DNA of 62,677 nt, the filler included, from Asterionella formosa (lineage: Eukaryota), in NCBI GenBank assembly GCA_002256025.1. It is 18 parts of 18 records of this genome, joined end to end, with 100 filler letters (N's around TTAATTAATTAA, not from the genome) between each part and the next. Parts side by side here need not be neighbours in the genome. Positions count along the whole stretch, not along the records: positions 52,359 to 55,732 come from NKIB01014197.1; positions 55,833 to 59,205 come from NKIB01014198.1; positions 59,306 to 62,677 come from NKIB01014199.1; 15 more parts are not named here. One strand, given 5' to 3'. How positions within the stretch are numbered: the first letter of the stretch is position 1; the number at the start of each line of letters is the position of its first letter. A program made the position numbers and the translations under genes. This document shows, piece after piece, positions 52,950 to 62,677 of this stretch. The notes under the pieces are model-generated. The model ran no database searches. It saw only the letters and a list, made by a program, of their open reading frames with translations, and was not told the DNA's origin.

Positions 52950-53450
52950 ACCTGTCCTGTCACTCTTGGTGGGTTTTGTCCCGCCACCCGTTGGTGGAGG
53001 TTCAGGTCCTCTGCCACCTGGTGACATGTTGTAGTGAACTTCTTGGTCATACCATCCAACCTTTCCTGGTGGTAACTGGTGAGGTTTTCAAGTGAATGTG
53101 AACACTCGATTACGTCTTCCAGGTCCTCTTCCAGCGAGTCAGCTAGTGGCTGCCAATAGTTACTACTAGCCACAGTTACGGTTACTCTGAGCTCCTTCTA
53201 CTCCATCACAATCCGCCGGTACAGTGATTCCGGCCGTGGTGGGGCAATCCCCATCTCTGGGTTTCTGGTAAGTAAGCCCAGGTAGGTCCGCAACAACTGG
53301 GAAGTGGTCCGAAATATCCCATGTGTCGAGGACCCTGGCAGGGGGGACAGCCGCCACTGTGTCACCACAATATGTGATGAAATCAATGGCAGGTGTTCGC
53401 TGTCCCTCCCGCCGGCTTCACTGTCCCAATTTCTTGGTTCAGCCCCCAAG
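52950..53450 (-). mobile_element. Degenerate non-LTR (LINE) apurinic-endonuclease fragment
   Basis: AIDFI and WDISDHFPV motifs (endonuclease C-terminal xDxx / SDH) with frameshifts; it abruptly replaces the Crypton-like sequence. Confidence 0.6.
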
Positions 53451-53919
53451 GAGCTGCGGGTGGAACGACACTCCGTCGATTCCTATAATTTGTCGAAGCA
53501 CGTGTTTGTTTCGGCATTTTTTTGGTCTCCCCGTGCCCGAAACCGCATCTCGACCTGCCAGGCTTAGAGAGAGGTCCCGCAAGTAGGCATGATAGTGAAT
53601 ACTTGGATGGGAGTGGGGTAGGAGACAGAACGCCAGTGCATGCCACCCAAAGCATCAAGAATCCTATCCCCTCCCCGTTGTTCGGTGGGGGAGGTAGTGG
53701 CAATCACTTCACTGTTGAGCACAAAACAGTACTAAGTTGTGTTGTTACTTGCCATTTTTCTCCCAGGGCCGGGTTCCTTTTTCTTCCAATCTTTTTTTTA
53801 TTTTAACTTTTTTTTTTCAATTTTTGTTTCTTTTTTCCTTTTTTTTTATAACTTTTTTTGCACCCATTGTTGTTGGTGGTGCATTTGTACCCAATCTTCT
53901 ACGCCCCAGGCTTCTCACC

Positions 53920-54260
53920 TACTTTAACCACATTTCGGTGAGAAAGTTGATGAGCCACATTTCCGGTGGCTTGGCACCCCAGGCACCCACCTAGTTTTGC
54001 CACATTTCGGTGAGATAGTTTAACCACGTTTCCGGTGGGAGGCTTCCACATAGTTTAACCACATTTCGGTAAGGTGGATGGACATTGGTCACCTAGTGTG
54101 GGCGAAATACGCGGTTTCCGCCAGCACATCAAGGGAGAGGGCCCCTGAACTACGGCCAAGTTTCCATCCCTTGAGGGGAGGCTTCCACCTAGTTTAACCA
54201 CATTTGGTTGAGGTGGATGGACATTGTTCACCTTGTGTGGTTGAAATACGCGGATTTTTT
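53920..54260 (+). repeat. Nested direct repeats with CCACATTT(C)CGGT core
   Basis: About six cores, plus a ~75-bp duplication (54037-54113 / 54176-54253). Confidence 0.8.
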
Positions 54261-54621
54261 TTAGGGCTGTTCCAAGGCGCCAGGAGAAAACCTATCCTGC
54301 CGCTTTGCCCGCCTGTCCCATAGATGTGGGGTGCTTGGGGGGCATCATGGGAGGATTCGAACTCCTCCCACCAGTTCACGTGTTCAGGAATGTTTTTGAG
54401 GCACCCCGTCATCCAATCATGTCCCAGTGTCCGGTGAGTCACCCCGCCCCTCCACCTGGGCGCCGAGGTAGTGTGAGACTTTCACTCACTAAAAACCTGT
54501 GTGCAGCCCCAGTCTTGACCAGTACGCGGTCTGCCCTACCCGTCGGGGCGTTGGCCCGTGGAGGTGTGTGGGACCCCGTCAAATGCCTCACTTGCGTAAG
54601 ACCCCCAATGGGACCTGATTA

Positions 54622-55732
54622 CGTCTGCAAATAAAAACCATCATATTTCCATGATGCATCATAGGATTATGATCATCTGATCATAATTTTTCGTTATATC
54701 ATCTAATAATTGTGATAAATGCCCTCGTAATATAAATAGTAACCCTTTTGACTATGGAAATTTTTTTATTATATGTATTGTTTCTTTTAGGTTCCTTTAT
54801 TTAAATTTCTTGGTAGGAGAATGTACCAGTGAAAGTAATGTGGTTTGGCTCATCATCCTCTCCAGTCCTCACTCTGATTCTTGCAACAACGACAAAGCAG
54901 CCATGTCGAGAGGAACGAGATTTTGTGATAATATCTTCATTTGTCGTTCAAGTCATCATATGTCTTCGATGAATCATCATCTACATTGCACAGTATGTTC
55001 GTACTATGCAATCCGTTAAGAGCTTGAAAAGAAATCCAATAAAAACGAAATGGCTCATCACACAAGACGAATATTTCCGGCCGGTCTGTCACTGGAGCAT
55101 CGGTCAGTGTTACAACCTCAATCATAGCTAGTAAACAACATCCATTATAGAACATCACAATCTACTTCTCCGTGACATCGTCTCTCTAACAAGAGCGTAA
55201 TACATCTAGAATTGAAACGCAGCATAGCAGGCGATATGCAAAAAGAAGCATGAGACTGTGCCGTCTATTTATAGTAACAGAGTGATTCTGGTTTCGTAAT
55301 TTTCATGTCTCATTAGATTTTCTTTGTCATCGTACTAGTTCCTTACCTTTGAAGACAGAAGCGTAGCTATTCTTTGATGTATCTGGAATATTTCAATGGA
55401 TGGCAGCAGTTGGATTTAGACACAAACCTCGACAAAAGCACTAGTACCTTGTAGATGTTCATGAAAAGCGAGACACTTTGCTTGGCTTATCGCCCACCAG
55501 CCAGTCTATAGTGCAAAAATGCAAGAAGCACAAGTTGAATGCCCATTTATGGATTCAAGTTTCAGTAGTGCAACAATGTAAAATATTAGAAACCGGAAGT
55601 CACATTTCATCTAATTACGGTTTTCATTAGCTATACTAGTATTGATTGAGAGGAAGCAATGGTAGAATGGCTGCCAAACGGGCGGGGGCAAACACAGAAA
55701 ATCCTACTAATTTTTCTTCCCAATGATCCCAG
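54622..55732 (+). mobile_element. Left part of the Tc1/IS630-like element (family C terminus)
   Basis: TA|CGTCTGCAAATAAAAACC start; 55513-55732 matches the reverse complement of 52032-52258. Confidence 0.55.
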
Positions 55733-55832
55733 NNNNNNNNNNNNNNNNNNNNNNNNNNNNNNNNNNNNNNNNNNNNTTAATTAATTAANNNNNNNNNNNN
55801 NNNNNNNNNNNNNNNNNNNNNNNNNNNNNNNN

Positions 55833-56542
55833 CTCAGCTGTATTTCTCGTGTTTGACTACTGCCCTCATGATCTGGCTCAGCTAGTTGATCAGCACTATC
55901 AGATACATCGCAAGTCACCGTTTTCTCTGCGTCAAGTCAAGCGTCTCTTGTTGCAACTCTTCTCAGCGCTGGAATTTATACATGCTCGTAACATATTACA
56001 TCGTGATTTAAAGCTCGCCAATTTGTTATATATTGGTGAGCTGAAATTAGCAGACTTTGGACTGAGTCGCAAGTACAAAGTACCATTGACCCCCAAGGTG
56101 ATATCATTGTGGTATCGACCACCAGAGCTGTTGTTGGGTGCCTCCAGGTATGATGAGTCTATCGACATTTGGGGAGCTGGCTGTGTCATGAGAGAGCTGC
56201 TATTGGGAAAACCACTTTGGACTTGCAAGACAGAGATGGAAATGATCAGAACACTGTTCAATGAATTAGGCACACCACATGAGGCCATACGGCCAGGTAT
56301 TTTAGAACTACCCTTGATTGCAAATGAGACCATTGAACTTCCTACCATACATTGTACCTGCAAAACTGTGGGATCGCTTTCTAGGAATATCACCAGTCGG
56401 TCTCACGTTATTCTCCAATTTAATGAAGTGGGATCCCACTAAACGATGGACTGCTCACCAGGCAAGCTAGTGGATTTATTTTGATGAATTGCCCACGCCA
56501 ACACCAGACAATGCCATGCCAAGATTCCAGGACAGAAAATAG
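55833..56542 (+). pseudogene. CDK10/11-like kinase, C-terminal part with frameshift and stop (copy 1)
   Basis: HRDLKLANLL, LADFGL, ISLWYRPPELLLG. The true C-terminus (KWDPTKRWTAHQAS*WIYFDELP...MPRF) lies in another frame after ~56350. Confidence 0.8.
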
Positions 56543-56681
56543 ACAAACAATTTGCTGATATTTAAAATGAAATATAAATGACTCGAATCAATACCAGCAG
56601 ATACTTGGTATTTAAGTACTGGCGGCTTTAAGAAAGAAAATTATTATTATGCATGTTCACAAATCATCAGAGCAAAAATGA

Positions 56682-59052
56682 TTAATCACAATCGAGCTTA
56701 ATTGCGGAACAGTAGCTACCACAGTTGCAAATCAGTGGTGGGCAAAAAAATATTGTTGCAATATTACATGCTTCTGTTGGAACTGGCCCTGTAAAATTGT
56801 TCTTTCCAAAATTTAATGTGGCTGTCAAGAAAGTGAAATTTTAGAACAAATGGTCAAGAAATGTCAGTTTCAGATAAACAAAACTTACTCAATGAAGACA
56901 TGAGACCAATTTCTGTGGGAATTGCACCAGTAAACATATTGGAATGAATCTGAAAATTATTGAGACTTGTAAAATTGCCAATTTCCGTTGGAAGTGCACC
57001 AGTCAACTGATTATTAAATAGATACAATTTCGTTAGATTTGTCAAGTATCCAATCTCTGTTGGAAGTGTCCCATTGAAATGGTTTGTGCTTGCTTGAAAA
57101 TCTGCAATGCTTGTCAAATTGCCCATTTCTGTTGGAAGTGCACCAGTCAACTGATTATTAAATAGATGCAATAATGTTAGACTTGTCAAGAATTCAATTT
57201 CCGAAGGAAGTGTTCCATTGAGAAGGTTTGTGCTTGCATCAAATGTTGCAACATATTTCAAATTGCCAATTTCTGTCGGAAGTGCACCAGTCAACTGGTT
57301 TTCCCAAAGAACTAATACTGTTAGACCTGTCAAGAATCCAATCTCTGTAGGAAGTGTTCCATTGAACTGGTTTCTGAATGCTTCAAAATCAATGAGATTT
57401 GTCAAAAAGCCAATTTCTGAAGGAAGCGGACCAGTCAACTGGTTTTCCTGTACATACAATGATGTTAGACCTCTCAGGTATCCAATCTCTGTAGGAAGTG
57501 TACCAAAGAGACTGTTGGAATTTGCTTTAAAATCAATGAGATTTGTCAAATATCCAATTTCTGAAGGAAGTGGACCAGTGAAGTCATTATAGTTCATATA
57601 CAATGCTGATAGTTTTGTCAACAATCCAATCTCTGTCGGAAGTGGTCCCTGTAATATATTATTTTGTAGAAACAATTTAACAACAAGGTTAGCCCATTGG
57701 CCAATTTCTGGTGGAAGTGCTCCTGTCAACTTGTTTTCATACAATGACAATGTTGTAATGTTGGTCAACTGTCCAAGCTCCTTTGGAATTGGGCCAGTAA
57801 GCAGATTCTGGTGTACATGTAAATCTGTAACACTTGTCAATAGACCCAGTTCACTTGGTAGTGATCCATCTATGGCATTTGATGAAAAATCAATAGATTC
57901 TTTGTCGTAAAATGATATGACTCATTTCATTAGTGAAGCAATCTTCAATGATTTGTTTTTATCTCTTGCCAGTTATGTTAACTTACCTAAACTTGACAAA
58001 CGACCAATTTCCGGGGGAATGAACCCCATTAAGGTATTGTTAGTCAAATTCATTGAAATGACCTGGCTTCTATTTGCATCGCATTTCAATCCAAACCAAT
58101 CACAATAATTGTCGAGACTCAATAGCCACAATGAACCACTGTTGAACCACTGGTCTCCAGAGGTTGCATAATAAAGAGTCGCCAAGGCATAGATTTGAAG
58201 CAACCCAGGATTCATGATTTCTCCAGTACCTTGCTCACTTTCCAACCAGACCATTGCCTGCTGTTGTGGCGTGCCATTGGTCAAAAGTGCAACCCCATTA
58301 TCAAACGAGTTATTAGACAAAAACAAATACAATGGTGTAGAGGGAATTACAAATGTGGGAGCCAACGTTTGATTGTCCGGAACATATGATGTTGGAACTA
58401 ATGTTGGATTATTCGGTTTGTTGTTCTGAGTAAGCACAACTGCAAGTACAACAGCTACAATGGCAACAAGACTTGTGAAAGCGCAAGATACCATGATGTT
58501 GATCATGCCACGGTGACGTTGGGCCTTCGCTTCAGCCTCAGTGTCGATGGCCGTCACAGTGGCAGTCATAATAGTGGCAGGCATAAAGGTTTCAATTTCA
58601 TCAACAAGAGTGGCATTCACTGTCTCCTGTTGGCCTCCCTCTGTGCCAGGAATGGCAAGTGGTTGTTGACTGATTCCATGGGACTCCTCTACATTCCATT
58701 CATTGTTTGTAGCTTCAGCACTAGGACTTGCACGATCTCTCGCTCCCACCGCAACTGCTCCAGGAAGTGTTTGTGGAGGTGCTGGTCCTTCGTCATGCTC
58801 CACCGCCACCTTGGAAGAATCCTGGTACGAAAATTTAGTCCCTCGCCCAGCCTTGTGGTCAACATGTTCCTTCTCATCAAACACTTGTCCATGAGAAGAG
58901 TCAGAGTCCCGTGCTCGTTCTTCCTCCTTTGCTTCGTCAGCAAAAGGCAAGGTGGCATCAATACTCTTCTTTTTTGCAGTTAGAGAAGGTTTTACTGCAC
59001 TTACGTGATCACATTGGCTGCCTTTCTTGATATCCTTTTTATCGTCGTTCAT
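56682..59052 (-). CDS. Type II membrane LRR receptor-like protein, intact copy; 3 exons
   Basis: Introns 57900-57986 and 56822-56888 (GTAAGT...AG) join in frame. Disordered N-terminus with PGAVAV, one TM helix, ALATLYYATSG..W..CDWFGLKC cap, ~15 24-aa LRRs, Cys-rich C-cap. Confidence 0.9.
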
Positions 59053-59458
59053 AATGCTGATTGAATATTGTGTTTAACGAACAGGATAACCACAACAGTA
59101 AGAAAAGATTATGTGAAGAATATAATATAAAGCATTAATCAAACCAGCAAAATATCGGAAGCAATATTGCTCAAGGGAGGTTCGGGAAATGAAGATTGTC
59201 GGTTTNNNNNNNNNNNNNNNNNNNNNNNNNNNNNNNNNNNNNNNNNNNNTTAATTAATTAANNNNNNNNNNNNNNNNNNNNNNNNNNNNNNNNNNNNNNN
59301 NNNNNAAACCGACAATCTTCATTTCCCGAACCTCCCTTGAGCAATATTGCTTCCGATATTTTGCTGGTTTGATTAATGCTTTATATTATATTCTTCACAT
59401 AATCTTTTCTTACTGTTGTGGTTATCCTGTTCGTTAAACACAATATTCAATCAGCATT

Positions 59459-61828
59459 ATGAACGACGATAAAAAGGATATCAAGAAAGGCAGCCAATGT
59501 GATCACGTAAGTGCAGTAAAACCTTCTCTAACTGCAAAAAAGAAGAGTATTGATGCCACCTTGCCTTTTGCTGACGAAGCAAAGGAGGAAGAACGAGCAC
59601 GGGACTCTGACTCTTCTCATGGACAAGTGTTTGATGAGAAGGAACATGTTGACCACAAGGCTGGGCGAGGGACTAAATTTTCGTACCAGGATTCTTCCAA
59701 GGTGGCGGTGGAGCATGACGAAGGACCAGCACCTCCACAAACACTTCCTGGAGCAGTTGCGGTGGGAGCGAGAGATCGTGCAAGTCCTAGTGCTGAAGCT
59801 ACAAACAATGAATGGAATGTAGAGGAGTCCCATGGAATCAGTCAACAACCACTTGCCATTCCTGGCACAGAGGGAGGCCAACAGGAGACAGTGAATGCCA
59901 CTCTTGTTGATGAAATTGAAACCTTTATGCCTGCCACTATTATGACTGCCACTGTGACGGCCATCGACACTGAGGCTGAAGCGAAGGCCCAACGTCACCG
60001 TGGCATGATCAACATCATGGTATCTTGCGCTTTCACAAGTCTTGTTGCCATTGTAGCTGTTGTACTTGCAGTTGTGCTTACTCAGAACAACAAACCGAAT
60101 AATCCAACATTAGTTCCAACATCATATGTTCCGGACAATCAAACGTTGGCTCCCACATTTGTAATTCCCTCTACACCATTGTATTTGTTTTTGTCTAATA
60201 ACTCGTTTGATAATGGGGTTGCACTTTTGACCAATGGCACGCCACAACAGCAGGCAATGGTCTGGTTGGAAAGTGAGCAAGGTACTGGAGAAATCATGAA
60301 TCCTGGGTTGCTTCAAATCTATGCCTTGGCGACTCTTTATTATGCAACCTCTGGAGACCAGTGGTTCAACAGTGGTTCATTGTGGCTATTGAGTCTCGAC
60401 AATTATTGTGATTGGTTTGGATTGAAATGCGATGCAAATAGAAGCCAGGTCATTTCAATGAATTTGACTAACAATACCTTAATGGGGTTCATTCCCCGGA
60501 AATTGGTCGTTTGTCAAGTTTAGGTAAGTTAACATAACTGGCAAGAGATAAAAACAAATCATTGAAGATTGCTTCACTAATGAAATGAGTCATATCATTT
60601 TACGACAAAGAATCTATTGATTTTTCATCAAATGCCATAGATGGATCACTACCAAGTGAACTGGGTCTATTGACAAGTGTTACAGATTTATATGTACACC
60701 AGAATCTGCTTACTGGCCCAATTCCAAAGGAGCTTGGACAGTTGACCAACATTACAACATTGTCATTGTATGAAAACAAGTTGACAGGAACACTTCCACC
60801 AGAAATTGGCCAATGGGCTAACCTTGTTGTTAAATTGTTTCTACAAAATAATATATTACAGGGACCACTTCCGACAGAGATTGGATTGTTGACAAAACTA
60901 TCAGCATTGTATATGAACTATAATGACTTCACTGGTCCACTTCCTTCAGAAATTGGATATTTGACAAATCTCATTGATTTTAAAGCAAATTCCAACAGTC
61001 TCTTTGGTACACTTCCTACAGAGATTGGATACCTGAGAGGTCTAACATCATTGTATGTACAGGAAAACCAGTTGACTGGTCCGCTTCCTTCAGAAATTGG
61101 CTTTTTGACAAATCTCATTGATTTTGAAGCATTCAGAAACCAGTTCAATGGAACACTTCCTACAGAGATTGGATTCTTGACAGGTCTAACAGTATTAGTT
61201 CTTTGGGAAAACCAGTTGACTGGTGCACTTCCGACAGAAATTGGCAATTTGAAATATGTTGCAACATTTGATGCAAGCACAAACCTTCTCAATGGAACAC
61301 TTCTTTCAGAAATTGGATTCTTGACAAGTCTAACATTATTGCATCTATTTAATAATCAGTTGACTGGTGCACTTCCAACAGAAATGGGCAATTTGACAAG
61401 CATTGCAGATTTTCAAGCAAGCACAAACCATTTCAATGGGAACCTTCCAACAGAGATTGGATACTTGACAAATCTAACGAAATTGTATCTACGTGATAAT
61501 CAGTTGACTGGTTTACTTCCTACAGAGATTGGATTCTTGACAATTCTCAATGATTTTCAGATTCCATCCAATATGTTTACTGGTGCAATTCCCACAGAAA
61601 TTGGTCTCATGTCTTCATTGAGTAAGTTTTGTTTATCTGAAACTTACATTTCTTGACCATTTGTTCTAAAATTTCACTTTCTTGACAGCCACATTAAATT
61701 TTGGAAAGAACAATTTTACAGGGCCAGTTCCAACAGAAGCATGTAATATTGCAACAATATTTTTTTGCCCACCACTGATTTGCAACTGTGGTAGCTACTG
61801 TTCCGCAATTAAGCTCGATTGTGATTAA
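59459..61828 (+). pseudogene. Second copy/allele of the LRR receptor with a 1-bp deletion
   Basis: Introns 60524-60610 and 61622-61688. ATTCCCCGG (C4, 60494-60497) versus C5 in the other copy shifts the frame to TAA at 60525-60527 if unspliced. Confidence 0.75.
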
Positions 61829-61967
61829 TCATTTTTGCTCTGATGATTTGTGAACATGCATAATAATAATTTTCTTTCTTAAAGCCGCCAGTAGTTAAAT
61901 ACCAAGTATCTGCTGGTATTGATTCGAGTCATTTATATTTCATTTTAAATATCAGCAAATTGTTTGT

Positions 61968-62677
61968 CTATTTTCTGTCCTGGAATCTTGGCATGGCATT
62001 GTCTGGTGTTGGCGTGGGCAATTCATCAAAATAAATCCACTAGCTTGCCTGGTGAGCAGTCCATCGTTTAGTGGGATCCCACTTCATTAAATTGGAGAAT
62101 AACGTGAGACCGACTGGTGATATTCCTAGAAAGCGATCCCACAGTTTTGCAGGTACAATGTATGGTAGGAAGTTCAATGGTCTCATTTGCAATCAAGGGT
62201 AGTTCTAAAATACCTGGCCGTATGGCCTCATGTGGTGTGCCTAGTTCATTGAACAGTGTTCTGATCATTTCCATCTCTGTCTTGCAAGTCCAAAGTGGTT
62301 TTCCCAATAGCAGCTCTCTCATGACACAGCCAGCTCCCCAAATGTCGATAGACTCATCATACCTGGAGGCACCCAACAACAGCTCTGGTGGTCGATACCA
62401 CAATGATATCACCTTGGGGGTCAATGGTACTTTGTACTTGCGACTCAGTCCAAAGTCTGCTAATTTCAGCTCACCAATATATAACAAATTGGCGAGCTTT
62501 AAATCACGATGTAATATGTTACGAGCATGTATAAATTCCAGCGCTGAGAAGAGTTGCAACAAGAGACGCTTGACTTGACGCAGAGAAAACGGTGACTTGC
62601 GATGTATCTGATAGTGCTGATCAACTAGCTGAGCCAGATCATGAGGGCAGTAGTCAAACACGAGAAATACAGCTGAG
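61968..62677 (-). pseudogene. CDK10/11-like kinase fragment (copy 2)
   Basis: Reverse complement of 55833-56542 with the same lesions. Confidence 0.8.

Noticed and set aside
53920..54260. CRISPR-like repeats with variable spacers
   Set aside because: Spacing is irregular and the intervening sequences are themselves duplicated.
55833..62677. Apparent 3.4-kb inverted repeat / giant palindrome
   Set aside because: The centre is an artificial spacer. These are two separately assembled haplotypes or paralogs placed together by length sorting.

Overview
This is not one locus. It is 18 unrelated eukaryotic contigs of ~3.37-3.40 kb, roughly length-sorted and joined by artificial 100-bp spacers (N44-TTAATTAATTAA-N44), so adjacency across spacers means nothing. 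Short GT-AG introns, CoDi-like Copia, a CryptonS-like recombinase, a Plavaka-like transposase, a plastid-type presequence and 'PGAVAV'-type membrane LRR proteins point to a stramenopile, most likely a diatom (inference). Host genes: a membrane-anchored GH2 beta-galactosidase, a SAM methyltransferase, a renalase-like oxidoreductase, a DUF3054-like protein, a possible profilin-like protein, the 5' end of NDUFA9, and two near-identical copies of an LRR receptor next to a CDK pseudogene. Much of the rest is transposon material: PIF/Harbinger, Copia, LINE, Crypton, Plavaka, a Tc1/IS630-like relic, TTAA-targeting MITEs and tRNA-derived SINE-like elements. Best leads: (1) a TAA-flanked TIR element carrying fragments of two host genes (candidate Pack-Harbinger, 42549-44332); (2) the two LRR-receptor copies differ mainly in one ~75-bp tract that matches other repeats of the same gene, suggesting repeat-to-repeat gene conversion; (3) two related TTAA-targeting MITE families, one with a filled/empty site pair. 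All family calls are from motif recognition by eye; no searches were run.
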